Assembly (NCBI GenBank): GCA_028023455.1
Contig: JAQFVV010000008.1
Span: forward strand, 16,740,001 to 16,804,000
DNA: 64,000 nucleotides
Direction of reading: 5' to 3'
From: Epiperipatus broadwayi
Taxonomy: Eukaryota; Animalia; Onychophora
The notes under the pieces were generated by a model that made no database searches, was not told where the DNA came from, and saw only the letters and a list, made by a program, of their open reading frames with translations. Shown in pieces: positions 25,805 through 38,769 of this stretch. The stretch's first letter is position 1, and every line of letters starts with the position of its first letter. Both the position numbers and the translations under genes were made by a program.

Positions 25805-28800
25805 TTAGAATGAGACTTTGTAGTCCTCGAAATACGCTAGATGTTGACATTGACATGGAAGGTGCTCCTTGTATGGTTTTGGAGATGGTTGGCAGAGAGG
25901 TGCTGGGTTAGTGTTGTCTGTGGTTTCTGCTGCTGCTAAAGGTAGTGTTTTTGAAGCATCAATCAGTTTTCCTGCCGGAGTTGAGCTGGATTGGTTAGTG
26001 ACAGTTACTCTTGCTCGCAATTGATCTATGTGCTTGTGTTGCACCTCCGAGTCCATTCGAACTTCATATGACAAAGGGCCTGTTCGCTGTTCTACTGTGG
26101 CAGAAATCCAAGGGAAGCCCCTATTGGTGGCTCATGCAAAAACTGCATCATCTGGTTGAAATTCACATATTCTCTGTGTATTTGGTGTGGCTCTTGGGGT
26201 CTATTGGGATGTATAAAATCCAAGCATGTACGAAGATGTCTGTTGAAAAGCATTTCAGCTGGGCTTAATCCTGTGGCTGCAGATGGTGTGACATGTTGAG
26301 TTAATAGGTATTGCACTAGATGCTGTCCAATTTCCACGTGCGTCACATCTCAGGCTCTCTTTTACTGACTGTATGGCCCTCTCCACAAGACCATTACTTG
26401 CCGGGTGGTAGGGTGTGACACATGTGTGTCGGACTCCATTACTGATGAGGAATGTCGAGAATGCTGATGATGTGAATTGTGGTCTGTTATTGGATACTAC
26501 ACATTCTGGTATTCTGTGGGTGAAAAATAGTTCTCGCAGTGCCACAACTGTTGCACTTGAAGTCTTTGTTTGCATTCTCCGCACCTCTATCCACTTTGAG
26601 TATGCATCCACAACAATGAGGAGCATCTGTCCATCGTTGGGGCCTGCAAAATCCAAGTGCAATCGAGACCAAGGTGTCAATGGTGCCTCCCAGTGGTGTG
26701 TTGGAGCACAGGGACATGCATGCCTTATGACTTGGCAATGCATGCATTTTCCCCACAAGATGTTCTATGTCTCAGTCCACCGACAGCCACCATACATATG
26801 ATCTTGCCAATGCCTTAGTTCTTATGATGCCTGAGTGACCCATGTTCATTTAGGATGAATTTTTGTAGTGATGAAGGTATGATGACACAAGACCCCCACA
26901 GCAGACAATTTTTGTGAGTAGAGAGTTCATTACGTCTTTTAAAAAAAGGTTGCAGTTTCATGTCTGTTGCTTTGTTTGGCCAAGTGGTAAGAATATAGTT
27001 TTTTACAGTTGCTAACAAAAGTCTGCATGAAGCTTGTGCCACTTGTTCTGCTGTCACAGGGGGGGGGGGAACTCCAATTCTTCCAAAAACAGGACACCAC
27101 CAAATTTAGGGCCTTCATTTTTGGTTGACAGAAGCGGGCATCTGCTCAATTGCATCCGCATTTGCAATCTTCCTACCTGGCTTGTATTCCAGCTTAAAAG
27201 AATAATAATTTAGTGTGCATGCCCATCTTTGCATTCTGGGTGATAATATTATAGGTATTGGCTTATCTGAAGTAAATATACCTAGCAGTGGTTGATGATC
27301 TGTATTTATTTTGAATTTGATTCCAAAGAGGAAATGATGGAAACATTTAACTCCGAATATTATCGCCAAAGCTTCCCTAGCTATTTGTGCATAGTTCCTT
27401 TCAGCTTTAGATAAGGTGCATGAGGCAAAAGCAACTGGGGCAGTTGATCCATTGGGCAATCATGTACTTAGTACTTCCCCCACTCCATATGGTGAAGTGT
27501 CACACATAGCTGGATCTCCTGGTTAGGATTGAATGGCACCAATACACTATTAGAGGTCAATGCCTCCTTAAGTTTTTTAAATGTCTTATCATGACTCATT
27601 GTCCAGGTCCATGTGACATTTGTTTAGTATGTGATGTAGGAGTTTGGTTATGATTGCTTGGTCTGGAAGAAAATTATTGTAAAAGTTTAAGAGTCCTAGA
27701 AATGCTTTTAGTTCTCTTTTGTTCCTTGGGGATTAGGCATTTCTAATTGCATCCACTTTTCTTGGTGATGGATGGAGGCCCATATTATCAATTTTATATC
27801 CCAGGAAATCCACAGTGTTTACTCTGAAGACACATTTTTCCTTGTTTGCCCTCAATCCACTGTATGACAGTCTTTCCAACATTGTGAGTAATTTTGCACA
27901 TAAGTCACTCTTTGACATGGCACAGTTTAAGATATTGTCAAAGTATGGATAAACTCCAGGGATGTCTCCCAGCAAGTTGTCTATGACACATTGAAATATT
28001 CCAGGTGCCACACAGATTCCATATTGTAAGCATTTCACACAAAAAGCTCCTTAATGAGTGATGATGGCTTGTATATTTGCTGATGCCTCATCAACTGGGA
28101 GTTGAAGATAAGCCTTGGCCAAATCTATTTTTGTGAAAATAGAGCTAGGTGGAAGAAATGCCAAAAGGTGGTGGACTGCAGGTATTGGTATGGGTGATTC
28201 TGGAGGGCCTTATTAACAGTCACCTTGTAGTCACTGTATAATCTCACTTCTTCTGTAGGCTTGAGGATTGGTACCACTGGTGTTGTCCATATTGGGTTGT
28301 TCTCTGGCTCAATGATTCCTTCTTGGAGCAGTATCTGTAATACAAGATCTACCTTATTTGTTATGGCAAGAGGTAATGGCTGGGCTCCCATTCTAATTGG
28401 ATGATAAGTTGGATCCACTGTCAGTGAAATGGTTGACCCCTTATAAGTTCCTATTGATGGGTTGAATACTTGTGGATACTTACTAATGACATCTTGGATG
28501 GATGGTTCAGTAATACTATGAACTTCTGATAGTGTAATACCCAGAGGTCTGAACCATTCATGGCCCAATAGACTTGTGCATGGGCTCTCTGCTACCAACA
28601 ATTGTAAGTGCCATGGGTCCTTCCCATATTGTATATGGACTACGCATTGTCCTTTAAATGCTATTGCTTGATGTTGAAAGTCTCTTAGTATGATATTGAC
28701 TGGTTGTAATTTAGGTATCAATTCCTTACATATGTCTATGAATGTATCATATGACATCATAGAATATTGTGACCCTGAGTCAACCTTCATTTTGCATTCT

Positions 28801-29703
28801 CTGCCGTATATGTATATATGAGCGATAGCTTTACATGTCGAGCCATTGTTGTGCACTTCGTGGATGTGATCTATAACTTTATCTTCAAATTCAGTCACTG
28901 TCTTGCACTGGTTAAGTGTCCTCGGAGTATTTTATTGCTTTGCTCAGCAAACATACTGTAGGTGTCCCATTCTCTGACAGAAATGGCATTTGGTTCTTTT
29001 AAAAGGACATTCTGCTCCATTGTGCTGACCACCGCATCCATCGCAAGGAGTGGTTCCTGACCAAGAGTCTTCATTGTTGGTGTTTGAGAGTGTTTTAGTG
29101 TCCACAGAGGATTATTATGGTGAACTCTTGGTCTGTTCCATTGAATAAGGTCAACGGTTGTTGTGGATGAGCTTGTGGCATGAATTTCACACACCTGTAT
29201 TGATGCTGCCTCTGCAGCTAAGCTACCCTGAACAGCCATTTCCAAGGTTAAGTTTTCTTCTGTTAGTAGATTGCGTTGTGTTGCCTCATCGCGAAGTCCA
29301 CAGACGAATTGGTCCCAAAGACGCTCTGTAAGTGAAGGTCTGAATTCACAACCCTCTGTCAGATGTCGGAGGTCTGCCAAGAATGTACTCACACTTTCTC
29401 CCTCTCATTGCCAATGGTAATGAAATTGAAAACACTGGTATATGATGGATGGCTGTGGGTTAAAATACTGTTTTAGGATTTTAATGATGTCTTGGTATAA
29501 TTTTTCCTGAGGCAATGCTGGAGATATAAGGGAGTGCAGAATACTTAATGTTTTATAGACCACATGCAGCAAGGAGAGTTGCATGCTTTCTGTTATCAGA
29601 ATTTGTTATTCGCTTCGCAAAAAAAATCCACTTGCGACGTATATGTATCCCACAGGTGTGGTGAGTTGGTGTCGAATGATGCGAGAGAGACGATAGTAGC
29701 CAT
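25805..29703 (-). pseudogene. Fragmented gag-pol of Gypsy element 1
   Basis: ORF pieces 28895-29392 (gag), 28125-28898 (PR/RT), 27733-28038 (RT), 27115-27459 (RNase H), 26815-27057 and 26255-26758 (integrase). Confidence 0.9.
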
Positions 29704-29875
29704 TACGTGGTATAATAAGTTGACAATTCTAAAATTTATCTGAAAGTTTGCATTTTTTTTTTAAGTGAGAAGAATTGCATGTTTACGTATACTAGTTGCC
29801 TTGTATATATATTTTTATAAGCATTGATCTTGTTTGCATGTTCATTTAACATCCCATCTTTGTCACCAATATTTG

Positions 29876-30104
29876 TGTTATGTCCACATCCATTTTAATA
29901 CAAATACTAATCAGTTGTTTACACTTAACATTTATTTATACAATATATTTATTATATTTACAATGTGGCTGTACGTACCTTCATTACAGTGGGTTTAATT
30001 AGTAAGTCCAACAAAATGCGTTGACATCATTACTCAAGTTCGTAACTAAAAAATGTTCATCCCGCAGCTAACCTTTGTGACGTCTTGCAACACCATACAT
30101 AACA
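29876..30104 (-). repeat. 5' LTR of Gypsy element 1
   Basis: Direct repeat of 25565-25793, adjacent to the PBS. Confidence 0.95.
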
Positions 30105-30109
30105 ATCAC

Positions 30110-30350
30110 AATCATTGAAGTTAAGTAGTTTCACTCTGTGAATATTTTTGTAGGTTCTTGGCCCATCCTAATGGCTAGACTCGACGTTTTTTCTGAATGA
30201 CCTATACGACAAAAGGTATCTGTGCACATCGGTTTCACTCCGCATGATGATCCACCTCAGCACATGAGTAATGATAGTCCTGCATATAAGTAGTCCGGGA
30301 TAGGATATTTTCTCTATCCCCGACCTAATGGTAGCTGCTAGTTAAGGAAA
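30110..30350 (-). mobile_element. RTE-like LINE 3' fragment
   Basis: Minus-strand LRWIIMRSETDVHRYLLSYRSFRK resembles the RTE 'RLRWxGHxxR...GKR' tail. Confidence 0.4.
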
Positions 30351-31462
30351 AAAGATCCAGTTTTAAGTTTTTCTGATTTTTTATATTCGCATCCATTTTA
30401 TAGACTTCTCTGCGCATCTATTTTCTTTTTCCTTTTATCAGCATACAAGACAATAATCTCGTACATTCTTTCTTAAATTTAAGTTATAAAGTCCATCTTT
30501 AATCAGAGTTAGAAAGATTTTACTAATTGAAATCTGTGTATCGTTTATTCTTTCCAATTTTAACCTTTATTTTTAACTTTCATTGTATGTTTAAAAAAAA
30601 AAAATTACACTAATTAAAAAAAAAATGCAAAATGTGTCTTTTTAAAAGATCGTTAAATTTTCTTTTTCTTTTAACTTTTACCAAATGCCAATATATTTGT
30701 ACCATATATAAATAAACAGTTCTTCAGAAACTAAAATATTTTTAATTAAAACATTTAAAGTAGCATTTCTTAAACTGTGGGTCATGACCCCAAATGTGAT
30801 CACAAAGCACAAAGTTGGTGTCACAAAAATTTAATTAAGATATATGAATTTAAAGAAATATTAGTCGCAATCCCTTCATTATCTTTAATATATTATGTTT
30901 TCTGTACAGCACAATTATAAAATCATAATTACGGCCAAGCTTTAAATTATATTTACATATTGAAAAATAACAGAATGCATCATAAGAGTATTATTGCATT
31001 GCAATTTCAGCATATAAGTTATTTCAGAAACAAAATATATACTGCAGTGGCGACAATAAGGTTGCTGCCACTGTGATTATATAATACATCGATATAAAGA
31101 CTCATTATTGCATATGAAAGTGTAAATTGTGATCAAGAGAGTGAGTTAATTGAAATTTGAAAGATTGAAAATTTTTTTTTAATTGCTAGAAAGTTTTTCG
31201 TTCACCATTTTATATATAGAAGTTTTTAAAAAAAAAGTTATTTTGTTGAATGTGTGTTAGTGTAAGAATACTTATAACAAAGTTATATCTAAGATTAATT
31301 GATTTTTAGTAAGTTTGCTACTAAAGATTTTTTTTTTTTTAATTTAAGAAGTGATTTTTTTTTTTTTTTGAGACAAAAAATGATGTTTTGGAGGCCTAAG
31401 GTCAGACAGCATGTGGTTATAGATTGATCAGTTTTGAAAGAAAGTAAAGTTTTTATCCTTCT

Positions 31463-32500
31463 GTGCAAAAGGGTTTGAAGAATAGGAGAGGTAGTATAAA
31501 GTCAAATATACAATATGTGACTTGGAAAATAAGGAATATGGATTGCATTTGTATTCTACAACACACATATAATCGGCAAAAAGAAACTAGGCATGCTCTG
31601 GTAGATTGTACCATGTGTGATGAGGTTTATCACTTGAAATGTTTGAATAAGACTAGGAAGGATGTAACAGGTTTATGTTTATGTAGACAGTGTGTAAATG
31701 TGATAAAAGAAGTAAGAAAATGGTTTCTAAGTGTAGATAGCCTAAAGAGAAAGTCGGGAAAGGGAGCAAAATGTAGTTGAGGAAGAGAGAACAGAGTATG
31801 GTTTTAGTGGCATGTCAGGAGATATGCTTGGAGAAATTAGTAGTACAATGGAGATGGTTAGCCAAAGAATAAGTAATATAGAGGAGGAAGTGAAGGATAT
31901 AGAAGCAAAATTAAAATTGTTAGAGATGAAGTGTGATCAGATAAAGGAATTATTGAGTAGGAATGATAAGGAGGTCAGAAGGTGGTAGAAAAAGTTATGG
32001 ATGGAGCAGAGAAAGTAGACTATGAGACAGTATTGATAGGAGATTCACTAATTAGAGAATGTGGAGATATAATTGCAAGGGAAAATAGAAACAGGTATGT
32101 AAGAGTATGTTTGCCTGGAGCTAAAATTAGGGATGTGACAGAAAAAGTAAAAAAAGCAAGGTAGTAGAGATGTGTATGTTATGATAGGACTAATAATTTG
32201 TCAGAACCATCAGAGAGAGTAATGTATGAGTATATAGAATTGATTAGGAATTTGAGTAAGATTAAAGGAAGAGTAAGGGTAGTGGTAGTTGGATTATTAC
32301 CAAGATTTGACAAGAGGTATTTTTTAGATAGGGCATGTTCTATAAATGAGAGATTGAAAAAATTGTGTAGTTATGTTTATGGATGTGTGGGATTGGTTTA
32401 TTGGAAAGAAGGAGTTTTATAGTAAAAACGGATTGCATTTAAGAAAACAAGGAAATAAAGTTTTAGGGAATCTGATTTATAAAGAAAGGGGGTGGGGTTT
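31463..32500 (+). pseudogene. LINE ORF1 (PHD, coiled coil, SGNH esterase), frameshifted
   Basis: ORF pieces 31463-31780, 31982-32164, 32198-32422, 32373-32675. Confidence 0.8.
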
Positions 32501-32689
32501 TAAATTGCATTATTATCACACACACAAAAAAAAGAATGGACGGGATGTAAGAAATAAGCAAAGGGTAGTTGATTTAGATATAAGTGTAGATGTGGAAAGG
32601 AAATGGGTCTGTAAAATTAATGGTAAGCAAATTATTTATAAACATAATGAATCAAAAGAATTTATAAAAGAGTAGTTAGGAAAGAAGAA

Positions 32690-35600
32690 ATTGTTAAAAT
32701 TGGGTATTTAAATATGCAAGGTGGTAGGAGACCAGAAAAGCGGCTGGAATTAAACAAAGCAATTGAAAATGAAGAGCTTGAGGTATTAGTTAGTAGTGGA
32801 AACATCTAAGAGAAGAAGAAGAACCTATTCTGGAAGATTTGGTATGGCAGGTATAAATAGAAAAGAAAAAGAGGGTGGTGATATAGGTGTTATATCAAAA
32901 AAATATTTAAATACTGTTAAATGTCAAGAACATTTGTGATTTGAAATAAGGTTGGGAAGACAAGAATGGATGGTGGCTATAGTATATATAGCCATTTGAG
33001 ATAGTCAAACTATAATGGAGTGGAACAGTAGCATATATGAATGCCTAGTTAAGGATATACAGAGTTTTAAAGAAAAGGGGAAGAGAATAATGGTTATAGG
33101 GGATATGAATGGACATATTGAAGAAATTGATAATGTAGATAATAAGAAAGGACACATTGAAAAAATTGATGATGTACATAATAAGAATGGACAGCTTTTG
33201 AATAAATTTTGTCAGAGAGTGAATTTGAGCATTGGAAACTTATCAAATATTTATCAGGGACAATACACATGGTGTAGAAATAATATATTTTACACAATAG
33301 ATTGTGTTTTGATAGAGAAAGAGGGAATGAATAAAGTATGGAAAATTAAGGTGTTTGATAATGAAAAGAGAGTATGTAATAGTGATCATAACTTCATTGT
33401 AATGGTTAGTAATGTGATGGAGAATAGAAATAAAAGTAGAAACAATAGTGAAAGATTTGGATGGAGAGTGAATGATAAGAATAAGTTGGAAGAGTATAAA
33501 ATACAAGTTGAAGAAACCATGGAAGAGTTGTTTGGGGATGAGTATAAGGACTGGTGTGATGGAATAGAAAAAGTGGCAGATAGGGTTTTAGGTGAGAATA
33601 TTCAGTAGAATAAAAGTAAGAAAAAAGGAGAGTTAGTAAAAGTGTAAAAGAGAGGAAAAATACATGCAGAGTATATAAGTATGATATTAAGAATAAAGAA
33701 AGTGAAAAAGATATTACTGCTAAATGAGAAAGTACTTAGAAAAAAAGAAATTGGCTAAAATAGATCATTATAGAGAGAGAGAATGAAATTGAATAGTAAA
33801 TTGTTGGAGGATATATTAATAAAAGTGGAAGAGATGGGAGTAAAAAAATTTGGAATTACATTAAAAAGAGAGATATAGGGGAGAGAGAGATAGTATTACT
33901 AGATGATGAGGGAATAGAATGTAGCTCTAGCAAAGAATTAGAAAAATATGTAATGGATATAGAAAAGATGTTAGAGGTGAAGGACAGAGTGATAGAAAAC
34001 ATGAAAGCATATAATAATAAATATTAGGTTTGCAGAAAATGAACTGAATGAGGCAGGGAAGAAATTGAAAAGTTGAAAAGCAAGAGATTTAGATGGATGG
34101 ACAGCAGAGATGGTAATGAATTTAGGCCTAGGGCAAAAGTAAAGCTATTATCATGTTTTAATAAGATGGCACAGAAGAGAGATTTTCCAGGTAGTTTGGC
34201 ACAGAAGAGAGATTTTCCAGGTAGTTGGAGTAATACAATAAGATTATTATTTAAAGTAAAGACTAAAGATCATAGAAAGTTAAACAATTATAGACCGATA
34301 GCAGTAAAATCAGTTTTATATAAAGTTTTCTCATATATGGTGACTGGAACAGTTGCAAAATGGATGGAAGAAAATAATGTAGTGGTATAAATGAAAGGAG
34401 GTTTTAGATCAGATAGGCATATAGGAGATAGTTTGTTGGTAGTTACACAACTTATGGATATGAGTAGGAATTCAGGTACACAGTTATATATGAGTTTTAT
34501 AGATATAGAGAAGGCATATGATAGAGTAAATAGAAATAGATTATGGGTAGGTTTTGCAAATTTGGGAATGGTTGAAGCTTTAGTGGATATTATTAAGAAA
34601 TTATATGAAAATAATTATTATACATATCATCAATTAGGAGATAGAGAAGCAGAAAGTTAAAAATGGAGTGGTACTAAATAAAGCAAAGATGCCCTATGTC
34701 ACGTATTTTATTTTTGTTGTATTTGAGTGAAATGGAGAGAGCAGTAGAAAAACTAGGAAGAGGGATAGAGATACCATTAATATGTGGCAAGGAAGTATAT
34801 ACTTTGTCGGGTCTTTTTTTGCAGATAATGTCTTTTTGTGTGCAAAAAAAAGAGAAGATATGGAAGTTAAGCTGAGGACATGCGCAAAGGGTGGGTAAAG
34901 AGATGGGGATTAAATTTAGTGAAGAAAAATCAAATATAATGATGGTTAATACTGGGGACAGAGAAGATGAATTTTTATTGGGGGATATAAAGTTAAGTGT
35001 GGTGAATAGATATAGTTATTTGGGAATCATCTTAAGTAATCAGAAAAATTGCTTCGATGAATGGAAGAAAAAATTGATAAATGAAGCAAACAAAAGAAAG
35101 GGATTGATAAAGAAATTAACAGTGTTTTCATATAATAAAATATGTTGTAGTTAGAATTGTATGGATGGGAGTTGCAGTAGCAGGGTTAACATATGGCAAT
35201 GATGCATTATGTGTTAGTAAAGGGGTATTAGATTATTTAGAAAAAGTACAAAGGGAAGTAAGAATATATGCATTAGATGCAGATCTGTGGACAGCAAAAA
35301 GAGGCAATTCAAGGAGAAATGGGATGGTAAAGTTTTTATATGAGAGATGCAAAAAGCAAAATGAAAATGTTCGGTAGATTGCAGTTTATGGATAATAAAA
35401 GAATAGTCAAAATAGTATTTAACTGGGTTATGAGTAAAGGGCAGGCAACAGGATGGGTGAGAAAGGTAATGCGGTATGCAGAAGATTTGAATAAAGAATT
35501 TATATCAGTATACTTGTACAAAAGGTGGGATGATTGTGTTAAGAGGATTGTTGAGTGTTACAATGATAAAGAATGGGATAAAAGAATAGATGCATTAATA

Positions 35601-36047
35601 AAGAATAGGGAATTAGAGAGATGGAGAACAAAGAGTTTAAATATATATAGAAGTAAAGGGAACACTGGGTGTGAGTTAATTTATGATAATAGCCAGGAAA
35701 GTAATTTATTGTTTAAGGCTTGAATGGGATCTTTAGCAACAAGGGAATATACATGTAAATGGAAAAATATGGGTGATTTAGTCTGCAAGTTGTGTAAGGA
35801 AGGCATAGACAATATTAAGCTTCTGTTAATTCAATGTAAATTTTTGAAAGCAGAAAGGGTACAAATAATGAAGTTATGGAAGAATAAATATGAACAAAGT
35901 GATTATACAGAATGTGAGTTATTGGTTTTTATGCTAGGTTTGGGAAAAGATAAGGGGGATTTAGATAAGAAGACTATGGAGTTAACAAAGATTATGTTGT
36001 GGAAATGGGATGGAGCAGAAGTGGCTAACAGGTTTCTCTGGGCATAG
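32690..36047 (+). pseudogene. LINE ORF2 (APE endonuclease-RT-Zn finger), frameshifted
   Basis: ORF pieces 33015-33608, 34073-34660, 34891-35154, 35165-36047. Confidence 0.85.
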
Positions 36048-36200
36048 TGGTTGAGAGATTCCTGACTCCATATAAGGAGAAGTCACAGTGCATCACATCA
36101 CCTTTCCAGTCAAGTTATTTTATTTAGTGGCCGAGAGATTCCTGACTTCATAAAAGGAGAAGTCACAGTGCATCACATCATATTTCCAGTCAAGTTATTT
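36045..36200 (+). repeat. Two tandem 80-bp copies of the LINE 3' terminus
   Basis: TAGTGG..GAGAGATTCCTGACT..GGAGAAGTCACAGTGCATCACATCA..TTTCCAGTCAAGTTATTT starts at 36045 and at 36125. Confidence 0.85.
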
Positions 36201-36611
36201 GTTTTGGTTTCATTTCAATCAGTGTCCACATCGCAAGAACAATACAATATTGTATTTTACTGTTACTTGACTTATGAAATATGTTATTTTTTATATATAA
36301 AAATGCTTATATACTTTTTTCCTCACTTTCTTATTCAAAATTTATCATCCTATTAGTTATGATAAAAATTTATTTTTTATTTGAAACTTGTCATTTATTT
36401 ATTAACAAGTAAAAACATATTCCTATTTTTTAAACTTAACAGATAATTTATAATTGATTTATTGAAATTTTTTAAATATTAAAAAATAGAACATATGGGA
36501 GTAAATATGCTTCGTATAATTAAACAAAAAACATGGCTGCCACTTGGTGTCTATGCTAACTAATAAGTAAGGTTATTTTATTTATATTTTAGGATAAAAT
36601 ACTTTTTACCG

Positions 36612-38769
36612 ATGGATAATTAGTTGAATTTGAATACCAAAGATAATGATGCAGATGGCAATGCTACAAAGTCTCTTCAAACAGGATCTCATAATCAAAA
36701 AGATGCGAAAAAGAAAATATGATGAGACATTTCTCCAATTTGGCTTTACTTTCACCAATTGTGATGGTAATGAACAACCTCTTTGGTTAATTTGCAATAA
36801 TGTTTTGTCTATGGAGAATATGAAACCACCAAAATTAAAAAGCATTTTGAATCCAAGCATCCTTCATATGTCAATAAACCAAAACAATATTTTGAACGAC
36901 TGTTAAAAACTTCAAATAAAGAAAAATAATATTTTGAGAAATTTATAATGTTAGTGAAAAATATTTACTTGCATCATATGATGTTTCATATCTGACTGCT
37001 AAAAATAAAAAGCCATATACCATTGGAGAAGATCTTATATTACCTGCTGCTATTAAAATGGTAGAAATACTTCATGGAAGCAAATATGGTGATGAAGTTC
37101 GGAAAATTCCCTTATCAAATGATACTGTCACTAATAGAATTTCTGAAATTAGCATTGATCAATTTGAGCAACTTATTATTAGACTTAAAGAAAGCCCAAT
37201 ATTTACAATTTAGTTGGACTAAATAACCGATATTTCAAAAATAGCTCAATTATTAGTATATGTCAGATACATTAAAACAGGCAAAACTCTCTATACATAT
37301 TGTCACTCAGTGCAAGCTAGAGTAATCAATGGATGCCAGAAGGCTTGTGCACAAAATCCCCATCTAGCGCCCACTCATCCAATATCCCCAGACTAGTCTC
37401 TGGCTTGTGGCTCTGGGGATATTGGATGAGTAAGCACTAGATGTGGATTTTATGTAAAAGCCTTCTGGCATCCATTGATTACTCTGGCTTGTACTGAGTG
37501 GCAATACGTATAGAGTTTTGCCTGTTTTAATAACAGTTGTAAGCAAGCATAAGAAATGGTAATCATGTGATGTTTATTGTCAGATATATTTATAAAGAAA
37601 ACATTGAGAAAGAATTGTTATTTTGTCATTCTTTGGAAGGACATACAAGAGGGAAAGACATATATAATAAAGTAGACAATTTTTTTTTAAAACTGAAGGT
37701 TTAGAATGAAAAAATTTCTTTGGAGTATGCACAGCTGGTGAAAAAGCAATGACTAGTGAAAATATTGGTGTAAAATCATTTGTTAAAGCTTATGGTAATA
37801 ATCATGTAACTTTTACACACTGCATCCATTGAGAGGCCCTTGCAGCAAAAAAATTAGCAACGGAATTGAATGATGTGCTTCAGGATGCTGTCAAAATTAT
37901 AAACTTTATTAAAAGCCGTGCCCTTAACAGCCATTTATTTTCAAATCTTTGTAAAGACATGGACTCTGAATATAATTTATTATTACATGCAGCAGTAAGA
38001 TGGATGTCAATTATTGTCATTAAAAAAAGAAATTATTGTATTTTTAACTGAACAAAAATCTGATCTTGCTGCTCTTTTTCAAAATGACTTATGGCTATCA
38101 AAGCTGTGCTATTTGTTTGATATTTTTGAGAAGCTAAATGATCTTAATTTGTCTCTTCAAGGAAAAATAGTAATATTTTTACTTCCAATGATAAAATTGA
38201 AGGTTTTATTAAAAAGATCAATGTTTGGAAGAATAGGGTGGTAAATGATTCATTGAAAATGTTTTTGACTATCGACAGTTTTATGATTGAAAAAAAATAA
38301 CTGTAAAACTTTAATTGCAAAAATTATTACAGATCACTTAAAAACCCTAGAAAAAGTTTTATAAATACTTTATATTGAATTTAGATTTCAAAAAGTTATC
38401 TTGGATTCAAAGACTATTTTTAATTGTCATTAATAAGATGAATCACCTGCCATATAAAGCCCAAGAGGATTTGCTGAGCTATCGAGTGACTCAAACTTAA
38501 AACTTGACTTTCCACAAAAATCCTTGACTGAATTCTGCATTGAAGCTAGGACTGAATTTCCCACAATTTCTGAAATGGCATTAAATGTTCTTCTGCCATT
38601 CAGCACCACTTATTTATGTGAAATGACTTGTTCAGCTTTAATGTATATTAAATCCAAATATCATTCAATGCTGAAAAATGTTGAAGATGATTTATGTCCA
38701 GCAGTATCAAATATTTCACCAAGATTTAATTTGTTATGCAGCAAAAAACAAGCACATCTGTCTTATTAA
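36612..38769 (+). pseudogene. hAT Buster-type transposase (ZBED5/ZBED8/SCAND3-like), disrupted
   Basis: RKYDETFLQFGFT, IPLSNDTVTNRI, LLVYVRYI, HCIHREALAAK, INFIKSRALNSHLF, LLHAAVRWMS, LLPFSTTYLCE...IKSKY. Confidence 0.9.
37274..37577 (-). mobile_element. Penelope-like (family 3) pLTR fold-back insertion in the hAT transposase, 13-bp TSD
   Basis: Inverted arms ~37272-37390 and 37414-37530; TGTCAGATA(C/T)ATT at 37261-37273 and 37578-37590; transposase reading resumes at VRYI. Confidence 0.85.

Larger units (their letters stand above)
25565..30104 (-). mobile_element. Full-length decayed Ty3/Gypsy (Mag/K02A2.6-like) LTR retrotransposon
   Basis: 229-bp TG..CA LTRs; PBS-like TGGTGACAAAGATGGGAT at 29868-29851 (tRNA-Ser(GCT)-type); PPT at 25794-25806; TSD GTCAC/ATCAC. 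Order gag, PR (KVDSGS), RT (YFDN), RNase H, integrase, with many stops. Confidence 0.95.
31200..36200 (+). mobile_element. Near full-length LINE fossil (PHD + SGNH esterase ORF1; APE-RT-Zn finger ORF2; RTEX/CR1-group-like) inside the hAT
   Basis: CxC..CTMCDEVYHLKC..CLCRQC (PHD); LIGDSL, CLPGAKI, GTNNL, NGLHL (esterase); VIGDMNGH, CNSDH (APE); NYRPIAV, FIDIEKAYD (RT); CKLC..LLIQC. 5' boundary approximate. Confidence 0.85.

Noticed and set aside
30180-30380. GC-richer stretch with ATGATGA and a hairpin, considered as C/D snoRNA or ribozyme
   Set aside because: No terminal stem or well-placed D box; the minus strand translates as an RTE 3' remnant.
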